A DNA stretch of 64,000 bases from Nitrosopumilaceae archaeon (GTDB lineage: Archaea > Thermoproteota > Nitrososphaeria > Nitrososphaerales > Nitrosopumilaceae): assembly GCA_011523285.1 (NCBI GenBank), contig WTHC01000025.1, positions 11,848-75,847 of the forward strand, in the 5' to 3' direction. Positions 55,227 to 63,308 of this stretch are shown in pieces. Each line of letters starts with the position of its first letter. Within the stretch, counting starts at the first letter, position 1. Under the pieces are notes generated by a model that searched no databases, was not told where the DNA came from, and was given only the letters and a program-made list of their open reading frames with translations. Position numbers and translations under genes: made by a program.

Positions 55227-55241
55227 CAATTTTTCAAGTAC

Positions 55242-55868
55242 GTGAGCTACATGACAAATAGTGATAATAATAATAAAAATGAAGATAAATCATTATCACG
55301 TAGAGATTTTTTGAAACTTTTAGGTGCAGCTGGAACTGCTTTGGCATTTACGCCTTTTGTACCTTGGGGTAATTATATGCCCAACCCATCAGCGGCAAAT
55401 TTAGAAAAAGTTAAAGTTATTCTTCCAGACGGTACACAAGCTAATGTTAATACTTTCCCAATAAACCATGCTGAGGTTATTACTTATCCAAGTACTGGTG
55501 ATAGAGTTTTAGATGAAGAAGCTTTTAGAAAGTGGCAATTTATAAGATTACCAAAGAAATTAGGTGGAGAAAAAAATGATGTAAGTTCATTTAGAGCATA
55601 TAGTATGGTATGTCTTCATTTATGGTGTTTGTGGAAATATTGGCCTGAAGAAGGACGTATGAGAGGAGAATGCCCTTGTCATGGAAGTATGTATGATCCA
55701 ATGACTGGTAAAGCATTTGCTGGACCTGCCTCTCTACAAGCAGCTCCATCTAACACACTGGCAAAATTAGATTTAGAAGCTGATAATGATGGTTTTCTAT
55801 GGATATTGCCACCTGAATGGGGCGTTAATAACAATGGAGTAGTTGGATATGGCCGTTTCATTAAGTAG
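55242..55868 (+). CDS. Rieske [2Fe-2S] protein with a twin-arginine signal
   Basis: SRRDFLKLLGAAGTALA (Tat motif) plus CLHLWC and CPCHGS Rieske boxes. Confidence 0.9.
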   Translation: MSYMTNSDNNNKNEDKSLSRRDFLKLLGAAGTALAFTPFVPWGNYMPNPSAANLEKVKVILPDGTQANVNTFPINHAEVITYPSTGDRVLDEEAFRKWQFIRLPKKLGGEKNDVSSFRAYSMVCLHLWCLWKYWPEEGRMRGECPCHGSMYDPMTGKAFAGPASLQAAPSNTLAKLDLEADNDGFLWILPPEWGVNNNGVVGYGRFIK

Positions 55869-57240
55869 ACGTACTGGATTAGTGTCATTTCTTTATTGGA
55901 TTTGGGATGGATTAGAAAGAACAGTTTTTACAGCAGTCAAGTTTTCATTTCCTGCAAGATTTGTAAGCCCATTTGGATTTCTTGGGATGTTAACATTTGT
56001 AGTATTTGTGATTCTTGGCATATCTGGTGCTTTACTTATGTTTTATTATCAGCCTATACTAGATCGAGCATGGGACAGCGTTCAATTCATTAATGATGAA
56101 GTTCCTTTTGGATTTCATATACGAAACATTCATTATCATGCGTCCAACGCAATGGTCCTGCTAGCTATATTGCATATGTATTATCAATATTTTAGCGGTC
56201 GATATAAAATTAGAAATGAAATCTTATGGGTGACTGGAGTTATATTAGGGACTGTAACAATTTTGGAAGCTTTTACAGGATATGATGTAATATTTAGTGA
56301 ACGTGCAGAATTGGCTATAAGTATTGCAGCTTCATTAACAAATTCAATACCAATAATAGGACCTACAGTCCGTGATGCTATGTTTGGATCTGGTTTTTCA
56401 GATTTCGTTCTTAGATTTTATGCGCAACATGTATTTATTTTACCAATAGTAATGTTGGGATTAATGGCAGTTCATTTTCCACGCTTCTTGGTATTTGATG
56501 TGCCTATGGTTACTGCTATTGCTGGTGCTATACTGATAACAGGTGGTGTTTTTCCAATAGATCTTGGATTCAAATTTGAACCTACTGTTCCACCAGGTAT
56601 AACAGTTCCAGAATGGTATCTTACAGGACTTTATTCATTTTTAAGAACACAATATGATAAATTTGTTACTGGTGTGCTTTGGCCTGGATTATTTATATTA
56701 TCATTGTTAATTATACCATTTGTAGATAGATATAAGAAATTTTCATGGAAAGATCGACCTATAGTGACTGCTTTTGGAATCACTGGTATAGCACAAATAA
56801 TGGTTACTACTTATTGGGGATTCTATATACCATCTGATACTACAATACCGCTAGTAGAAAGATTAGTTATAGATCCTGTATTCTTATACCTGGTGATGAT
56901 CTTATTGGTGCCTTTGGGATTTGGATTTAGTTATATGATGATTAAAATGGCCCAAGAAGCAGAACGAAAATCAAAATTAGCAAAACAAAACGCCCCTAAA
57001 AAAGTTGCCACGATAAATATATCTCAACAGTGGATCAATTGGATAATAATTGCCCTCATCATATTTCAAGTATTCTTGAATATAGCAGCATATAATGCTG
57101 TACTAACTGGAATGAAGAACATTTCATTATTCTTCACAGGTCTTATTTTGATCGTTTTCGCTGCTCTATTTCATGTTTATAGATACGGCCTAGGCGAATC
57201 CAAGAAATCAATTGCGCTTCAACAAAACACAAATCCATGA
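55843..57240 (+). CDS. Cytochrome b (fused b6 + subunit IV-like, with extra C-terminal helices)
   Basis: Helix B HASNAMVLLAILH (H-x13-H), helix D HVFILPIVMLGLMAVH (H-x14-H), PEWY motif and multiple TM helices. Overlaps the Rieske gene by 26 nt. Confidence 0.9.
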   Translation: MDMAVSLSRRTGLVSFLYWIWDGLERTVFTAVKFSFPARFVSPFGFLGMLTFVVFVILGISGALLMFYYQPILDRAWDSVQFINDEVPFGFHIRNIHYHASNAMVLLAILHMYYQYFSGRYKIRNEILWVTGVILGTVTILEAFTGYDVIFSERAELAISIAASLTNSIPIIGPTVRDAMFGSGFSDFVLRFYAQHVFILPIVMLGLMAVHFPRFLVFDVPMVTAIAGAILITGGVFPIDLGFKFEPTVPPGITVPEWYLTGLYSFLRTQYDKFVTGVLWPGLFILSLLIIPFVDRYKKFSWKDRPIVTAFGITGIAQIMVTTYWGFYIPSDTTIPLVERLVIDPVFLYLVMILLVPLGFGFSYMMIKMAQEAERKSKLAKQNAPKKVATINISQQWINWIIIALIIFQVFLNIAAYNAVLTGMKNISLFFTGLILIVFAALFHVYRYGLGESKKSIALQQNTNP

Positions 57241-57243
57241 TCT

Positions 57244-57759
57244 GTGTTTCCAAAAATTAAAATTTATAAGACTATCATACAGTATAATGACAGATTGAGT
57301 TCTGTTGTTACTAACCATGCTTACGGTATAGGTGTTGTGTCTATAGTAATAGGATTGTCTTTTGGACTACTTTATTATCAGATGTACTATCTTCCTGAAT
57401 CTCTTGCTAAACCAACAGTTTCACATGAGATATTAGAACCTGTTAAAAACACGATAATTGAAATGATTGTTGGTTCTTCTAGTCCTGAACAACAAGATAA
57501 TTTTGTACCAAAATTGGTTAACATCCAACTTGGTATAGATAATCATACAATCTGGAATAATGTAGACGATACTCCGCATACAGTAACTCCAGATCATCGA
57601 GAATCTGATTCTTACAGTGGGGAATTTGGATCTAGTGGAGTAATAAAACCTGGCGACTCGTATGAATTCATATTTACTGAAGAACATGAATTTGAATACC
57701 ATTGTGACCCGCATCCATGGATGACTGGCAAAGTCATAGTTACGAAACAAAGATTTTAA
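57244..57759 (+). CDS. Membrane-anchored type 1 (blue) copper protein, plastocyanin/amicyanin-like
   Basis: N-terminal TM (GIGVVSIVIGLSFGLLYY). Copper ligands are HTVT ... YHCDPHPWMTGKV (C-x2-H-x2-M). Confidence 0.85.
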   Translation: MFPKIKIYKTIIQYNDRLSSVVTNHAYGIGVVSIVIGLSFGLLYYQMYYLPESLAKPTVSHEILEPVKNTIIEMIVGSSSPEQQDNFVPKLVNIQLGIDNHTIWNNVDDTPHTVTPDHRESDSYSGEFGSSGVIKPGDSYEFIFTEEHEFEYHCDPHPWMTGKVIVTKQRF

Positions 57760-58106
57760 ATAAATTTAGCCCATGTTACATCTTCAGTAATTTCTTTATT
57801 TTGTTCTATTATACACACTCTAAATTTTACATCATGAATTTTATTTGGTTTGAATTTTATCATTGCAACAAATTTTATAGTGTTATCTGAGATTGTTTTA
57901 TAATTTATGAATATTCTTGAAGATTTTTTTTGTACAATGGATTTATTATTACATGTTAAAAACTCCACAAATTCATTCGAATCAAATATCTGTGTGTTAA
58001 TTATCACTCCATCATATTTATCTGGATAATTTATTGTTATGACACCTATAATCTTTGTATTCTGTTTAATTTCTACATCATTTAATTCTAATCTAATCCA
58101 TTTCAT
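57756..58106 (-). CDS. Hypothetical beta-rich protein
   Basis: 116-aa ORF with no motif. It fills the gap between the cupredoxin gene and tRNA-Arg. Confidence 0.35.
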   Translation of the reverse strand: MKWIRLELNDVEIKQNTKIIGVITINYPDKYDGVIINTQIFDSNEFVEFLTCNNKSIVQKKSSRIFINYKTISDNTIKFVAMIKFKPNKIHDVKFRVCIIEQNKEITEDVTWAKFI

Positions 58107-58140
58107 TATATAACTAAGTCTTCAGAACAAATAAATTAAA

Positions 58141-58215
58141 TGGGTCAGGAGGGCTTCGATCCCTCGACCATTGGATTAGAAGTCCAACACTCTATCCATG
58201 CTGAGCTACTGGCCC
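58141..58215 (-). tRNA. tRNA-Arg (anticodon UCU), 75 nt, no intron
   Basis: Minus strand reads GGGCCAG-TA-GCTC-AGCATGGATA-GAGT-G-TTGGA-CTTCTAA-TCCAA-TGGTC-GAGGG-ATCGAAG-CCCTC-CTGACCC-A. There is one C4:A69 mismatch and an A at T-loop position 54. Confidence 0.85.
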
Positions 58216-58248
58216 AAAATTTTAAGATTGAATGGGCATATTAAGAGT

Positions 58249-59085
58249 TTACAACCATTTTTTTAATTTAATATCTCGTTCCATTTTAAATAGAAACTGT
58301 TGAGCGTATCCAGAATAAACTCCGAAATAATCTATAATATCATCATGAGCTTTTTCATATTTTCTCCGTGTTAATTTTTCATCTATTTGAAATAATGCAT
58401 TATAATATTTATGCATGCATCTTACCATCCATCTATCCAAAGGAAATGCATCTAATTTATCTAATGAAAATAAAAGTATACAATCAGCTGTTTTTTGACC
58501 TACGCCAGACACTTTGGTTAATTGATCTCTTGAAGTGTAATAATCTGTATTTCTTAATTGCTTAAAATCTATTATACCATTTAATATATCTTGAGACGCA
58601 GATCTAACGTATCTAGCTCTATATCCTAATCCACAACCAATTAATTCTTTCATACTTGCATTAGAAAGTGCTTTTGGAGATGGAAATAAATTGAATCTTT
58701 TGCCACAAAAATTCACCTCTTCCCCAAACTTATTACATAATCGTAGTAATGTAGTCTTAATTTTTTGAATATTTGAATTAGATGATGTGATAAATGATAT
58801 TACACATTGAAATGGATCCTGGCGTAATATCCTTAAACCAGGAGATAATAATATGGCATATTTTATTACTATATCTTTTTTTATGTCATTTATGATCTTT
58901 ACTATATTATCATCATTCCTAAAAAAATCGCATTTCTTATTTGTGAAAGTCAAAATTTTATTTGTGTTTTTTTCTATTACTATAACATCATTTCCATTTA
59001 TACCATACCATTTATTACCATCTTTTTCCCACAAAAACACCTGTCCGCTATTTATAGTATTATCTATATTTATATCATTGATCAA
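58249..59085 (-). CDS. ogg: 8-oxoguanine DNA glycosylase/AP lyase (HhH-GPD, Ogg type)
   Basis: NSGQVFLW N-terminus and HhH-GPD motif LTKVSGVGQKTADCILLFSL...DAFPLDRW with the catalytic Lys and Asp in place. Confidence 0.8.
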   Translation of the reverse strand: MINDINIDNTINSGQVFLWEKDGNKWYGINGNDVIVIEKNTNKILTFTNKKCDFFRNDDNIVKIINDIKKDIVIKYAILLSPGLRILRQDPFQCVISFITSSNSNIQKIKTTLLRLCNKFGEEVNFCGKRFNLFPSPKALSNASMKELIGCGLGYRARYVRSASQDILNGIIDFKQLRNTDYYTSRDQLTKVSGVGQKTADCILLFSLDKLDAFPLDRWMVRCMHKYYNALFQIDEKLTRRKYEKAHDDIIDYFGVYSGYAQQFLFKMERDIKLKKWL

Positions 59086-59097
59086 AATCCATTCAAT

Positions 59098-60363
59098 TTA
59101 ACATGTAAATGTTTCTCCAATTTTTGGAGCATATGATCTAAAACCAAATTTCTCTTTAATTTCTTGAGAAAACATTGTACATGATTTGATATCTCCATGT
59201 ATCGCTAATACCGTTGGATTACCTTTTATTTTTTTTATTACATCAAAAAGCGAATTTCTATCACCATGACCAGAAAATTCAAATGGTCTGACTCTTGCTT
59301 GTACATTTACATCATTTCTACGAATTGATATTTTACCAGTATCTAATAATCTTTTTCCTTGTGTCCCTTCTCCTTGATATGAAACTAATGCAATACCATT
59401 TTTTTTATTGAATGCAAGTTTATTAAGATAATATATTGCATTTCCACCTACTAACATTCCAGCTGGTGAAATTATTACACATGGATTATGTATTGCATTT
59501 TCTCTATCTTTGTTATTTCTAATTTGTGTTATTTTATTTAGTGTGTTCATGAATATTTTTGGATCTCGTAAATATTCTGGGTATTTAGAAATTATTTTAT
59601 TCACTTTTAGAGCCATACCATCCATAAATATAGGATATTTAAAATTATTTTTTTGAAATACACATGCAATTTCTTGTGATCGTTCTACGGAAAATGCCGG
59701 AATGAATAATACGCCATTTTGTTCCATTATTTCATTAGCAAACTTTATCAAACCACTTTCTGATTCAGCTCTTGACATTTGTTCTGTTTGTGAATATGTA
59801 CTTTCTGTTATTAAAATATCTATTTCATCTAATTCTAAGTCTGCCTCACTAAGAAGACGTGATCCATTTGGATTGATATCCCCTGTATAAAATAAGCGTT
59901 TTTTACCAGATTCTATTATGATAGTACTTCCACCAATAACATGTCCAGAACACTTCAATTCAAAAATAGAATCATTGATTTTAATTTTGTTACCATAGTT
60001 CATCATCTTTGAATTCTTCATCATTGCATCTATTTCATTATTGCCAAACAAACAAAAGTTTTTTTCAAGTTTCAACATATCTTCCAATAGTAACTTACTT
60101 AATTCTAGCGTTGGTGGTGTAGCATATACTTTATTGTGTCCACTTATAAATAAAGAAGGTATATTGCCAGAATGATCTAGATGTGCATGTGACAAGATCA
60201 CGGCATCTATATCTTTTGGTTTTACATGCAAAGGATATGCTGGCGCTTTTCCTTTTTTTCTAAGTAAAACTCCATAATCCAATAAAAAATTTGTGTTATT
60301 GTCACTGACTAAAAACCCAGATCTGCCAACTTCCATAGCTGCACCAAGAATTTTAACTTTCAT
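59098..60363 (-). CDS. Metallo-beta-lactamase/beta-CASP ribonuclease (aCPSF2-like, no KH domains)
   Basis: ILSHAHLDHSGNIP (HxHxDH), TGD, TESTY and a terminal HGD motif. 421 aa. Confidence 0.8.
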   Translation of the reverse strand: MKVKILGAAMEVGRSGFLVSDNNTNFLLDYGVLLRKKGKAPAYPLHVKPKDIDAVILSHAHLDHSGNIPSLFISGHNKVYATPPTLELSKLLLEDMLKLEKNFCLFGNNEIDAMMKNSKMMNYGNKIKINDSIFELKCSGHVIGGSTIIIESGKKRLFYTGDINPNGSRLLSEADLELDEIDILITESTYSQTEQMSRAESESGLIKFANEIMEQNGVLFIPAFSVERSQEIACVFQKNNFKYPIFMDGMALKVNKIISKYPEYLRDPKIFMNTLNKITQIRNNKDRENAIHNPCVIISPAGMLVGGNAIYYLNKLAFNKKNGIALVSYQGEGTQGKRLLDTGKISIRRNDVNVQARVRPFEFSGHGDRNSLFDVIKKIKGNPTVLAIHGDIKSCTMFSQEIKEKFGFRSYAPKIGETFTC

Positions 60364-60470
60364 AACATAACTTTCAATACATTATATCTTAAAAGTTTGT
60401 GTGTTGTCCGATTATAATATATTTATAATTTACAAAAGCTTTAATTAGTGTAATTTGAGATCCCAACCAC

Positions 60471-60683
60471 ATGGGAAGAAGCTTTCAAGAATGGCTAAAT
60501 ACACAAGATAAAAATGTTGTATCTAAAGTTAGAGCTGATGACGAATCTAATAAACCACTACTAAACCAAATTAATTGGATTTGGGTCAAAAACTTAATGG
60601 ATAAAAGAGCAGATCTTAATCCTACATCCGCAGAATTATTAGATTGGGTAACCTCTGGCCAAATAGATGCAATGAGAAAGTAA
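60471..60683 (+). CDS. Small hypothetical protein
   Basis: 70-aa ORF with an ATG start, followed immediately by a hairpin and T-tract. No motif. Confidence 0.3.
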   Translation: MGRSFQEWLNTQDKNVVSKVRADDESNKPLLNQINWIWVKNLMDKRADLNPTSAELLDWVTSGQIDAMRK

Positions 60684-60722
60684 ACGTGATTTTCACGTTA
60701 TTATTTTTTGTTTTTTATTTTT
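60683..60722 (+). terminator. Perfect 7-bp hairpin followed by a T-rich tract
   Basis: AACGTGA-TTT-TCACGTT (60683-60699) is followed by ATTATTTTTTGTTTTTTATTTTT. It starts at the last base of the stop codon of the 70-aa ORF. Confidence 0.45.
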
Positions 60723-60845
60723 AATTATAATAATTTTACTTGATAATTAGCGATCTTTTGTTTTTGAAATCATAGTATAACCCTGTTATGAATTTTCATT
60801 ATCATTTAAATACTCACTGAACGTTGATCACTATTAGTGAAATAA

Positions 60846-61148
60846 ATGCCAATAGCAATATTACCAGACGTAGATGAACAGAGATGTATTGGTTGTGCAC
60901 TATGTGTTGAGATCTGTACTTCTCTTGGCCCTGATGTACTTAGAGTAAAACCTGTTGAAGGTTGGAAACGTGGTAAAGCATTTGTTTTCTATCCAGAAAG
61001 ATGCATCTCAGACGGTGCATGTATTGGAGTTTGTCCTACAAAATCTATATTCTGGATGAGACCAATGAATTACACTGCAGGACAACCTGTTCCACTTCAT
61101 AAAAACGGTGTTTTTATAAAAGGTTGGGCTGAAGACGCAGCACTATAA
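60846..61148 (+). CDS. Dicluster-type ferredoxin-domain protein
   Basis: CIGCALCVEIC (CxxCxxCxxxC) and CISDGACIGVCP (CxxDxxCxxxCP, with Asp replacing the second Cys). Confidence 0.8.
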   Translation: MPIAILPDVDEQRCIGCALCVEICTSLGPDVLRVKPVEGWKRGKAFVFYPERCISDGACIGVCPTKSIFWMRPMNYTAGQPVPLHKNGVFIKGWAEDAAL

Positions 61149-61174
61149 ATAGTGCTTCACCATTTTTATTATTT

Positions 61175-62677
61175 TTACCAAGTTTTCTTCTCTATTGTAT
61201 TCGGGAGAAGTTTAGTGAAATATGATATAAACATATCATCATATTTTGTATATATTGTTGAGAAATTATTGTTCTTGAAAAATTTTTGCCACGTTGTTTT
61301 AAAAACAGGTAATAATTCTGGTTTGTATTTTATATTTGACATATCATAATGTGACGCTGGATATATGTCCGAAGTTTCAACTGGAATTATACCTAGAAAT
61401 GGATTATATTGGCAGAATTGAATAGATTTAATTTTGGAAAATTTTGTTTTTAAATTCTGATATGTGGGTGAGACATACATTGGCTTCATACTGTCATCTG
61501 GAATTATCAGTATGGATTTTTTTTTGGTTTTAAATTTACGTATTATTTTATGATATGATATAATTTCTGGTCTATATTGATCTTCGTAAGAAAATAAAAA
61601 TATTGATTTCTTCTTAAATATTGGTGTAGAAGGAATAAAATATTCATAGTTATTACACATTACAGAAATTATTTCAAATAGTTTTGGATGAGATCTGGCT
61701 TTTTTTATCACATACTCCCATAATCTGCCTTCGTGTATTGCTTCTTTTACTCTGTCTGTTTCTGTTTTTATTGAGAATAAATTATGCAATGCTATTTTTC
61801 TAGTTTTCTCATATTGATCTAATTCTACTAATTCTTTTGGTGTAAATTTGGTACACACGTCACAATTACATGCAAAATATTTCATATCTGCTAAATCTCG
61901 TGTTCTATCATCTGTTATATATCTGCCATGTTGTGCATACAATACATATGATGCAGAATCAAATGTATCGCAGCCTAGAGATACTGCAAGTGAAATTGTT
62001 AGAGGGTGCCCTGCACCAAAAAGATGTAGTGGTATAGAATGCGGCATTTTTTTTTTGGCGGTAATAATGATGTCTGCGAGCAATCTATATTTATATGACT
62101 CCATTAATTCTACAGGGCTTCCTAACGCTAACATCTTGAATCCATATTTTAATAGAGACTTAACAGAATATTGTATCAGATCTAAATGTTCGCTCCCTTG
62201 TATCGGCCCCATCCATATTTGATTGCTTGTGTTTTTTAATACATTGCGAGATACTTTGAGAGTATGTTTCACAAGTGATTTAGCTTGATTGTTATCTAGT
62301 CCATATCCTGTTGGTTTATCCAAAGGTATAGTAATATCAGCTTTTAATCCAGTTTCGAAATTAGCAATGTTTTCATGAGATTCTTTTATATCTCCATATT
62401 CCAATACTTGGTATCCACCAGAATCTGTCATTATAGCGCCATCAAATTTGATAATCTCATGTATGCCTTTTTTTACAGCATACTCACCATAATGTTTCTT
62501 GGTGATATATGCATTAGTTATAACCATATCAAATCCCATATCTTTAATTTTCCTTGTTGGTATGATTTGATTTACAGGGTGAATCACTGGTACATATGTT
62601 GGAGTTTCTATTTTTCCATGATTTGTATATATGTATGCAATTCTGCCTCGTAGATCACTTTTAATTATTTCAAACAT
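61175..62677 (-). CDS. tgtA: tRNA-guanine(15) transglycosylase (ArcTGT) catalytic + C1 domains, no PUA domain
   Basis: DLRGRIAYIYTNHGKIETPTYVPVIHP N-terminus, TDSGGYQ, GSPV, a CNCDVC zinc site and a C1-like NPFLGIIPVETSDIYPASHY. The ORF ends at 500 aa without a G.AVKVR-type PUA motif. Confidence 0.85.
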   Translation of the reverse strand: MFEIIKSDLRGRIAYIYTNHGKIETPTYVPVIHPVNQIIPTRKIKDMGFDMVITNAYITKKHYGEYAVKKGIHEIIKFDGAIMTDSGGYQVLEYGDIKESHENIANFETGLKADITIPLDKPTGYGLDNNQAKSLVKHTLKVSRNVLKNTSNQIWMGPIQGSEHLDLIQYSVKSLLKYGFKMLALGSPVELMESYKYRLLADIIITAKKKMPHSIPLHLFGAGHPLTISLAVSLGCDTFDSASYVLYAQHGRYITDDRTRDLADMKYFACNCDVCTKFTPKELVELDQYEKTRKIALHNLFSIKTETDRVKEAIHEGRLWEYVIKKARSHPKLFEIISVMCNNYEYFIPSTPIFKKKSIFLFSYEDQYRPEIISYHKIIRKFKTKKKSILIIPDDSMKPMYVSPTYQNLKTKFSKIKSIQFCQYNPFLGIIPVETSDIYPASHYDMSNIKYKPELLPVFKTTWQKFFKNNNFSTIYTKYDDMFISYFTKLLPNTIEKKTW

Positions 62678-62682
62678 TCAAA

Positions 62683-63294
62683 TCAATCAACAAAAAATTT
62701 TCCTAGATCTTTATTTTTTATAATTAGGGGCAACCAATCTATATTGTTTATTTTCATTTTTCCTTTTGAACATTTGACAATTTTTTTAATAATTTGATCT
62801 ATTTTACCAGAGTTTATTATTTGACAAATTTTTTTAGGACCAAATTTCGTTATAGAATCATATGTGATTACACCAAGAATTTCAGCTCCTAGATTATCAA
62901 ATATTTTTTTAGAAATATATTTTCTACGTTGATAAATAGAAATTAATTCATATGGGTTTCTACGTATTATTATCATTTTGTCTATCTTATTGGGGTCTAA
63001 TACATATGGCGCTAAATGACCAACTATTATTGATTTATCAAAAGATTTCTTTTGTAACAATTTTGCTAATAGTGAAACATCGACATCTAATGTATGTTCT
63101 AAATTATTTTCTTCATAAATTTTTGATTGCAAAATTATCTTATTAATGTCTATGATTTTATAATTCCATCTGTGTGATAAATTTTTAGCAATTGTATGTT
63201 TTCCAACACCTGGTGTTCCTGTAATAACCAATGTTGTATTTTGTGTCAATTTTAACGATATTAAATAAATTGTTAATACTAATATGTTTAACAT
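62683..63294 (-). CDS. Fap7/adenylate kinase 6-like nucleoside-triphosphatase
   Basis: VITGTPGVGKHTIAKNL P-loop. The annotated ATG lies only 14 nt from the divergent GTPase ATG, so the real start is probably an internal TTG (codon at 63229-63231 giving MVITGTPGVGK, or 63247-63249). Confidence 0.7.
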   Translation of the reverse strand: MLNILVLTIYLISLKLTQNTTLVITGTPGVGKHTIAKNLSHRWNYKIIDINKIILQSKIYEENNLEHTLDVDVSLLAKLLQKKSFDKSIIVGHLAPYVLDPNKIDKMIIIRRNPYELISIYQRRKYISKKIFDNLGAEILGVITYDSITKFGPKKICQIINSGKIDQIIKKIVKCSKGKMKINNIDWLPLIIKNKDLGKFFVD

Positions 63295-63308
63295 ATGATA
63301 ATTTTATC

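Noticed and set aside
61152-62653. Plus-strand ORFs of 65, 124 and 92 aa
   Set aside because: They overlap or lie antisense to tgtA and are Cys/Tyr/Phe-rich nonsense translations.
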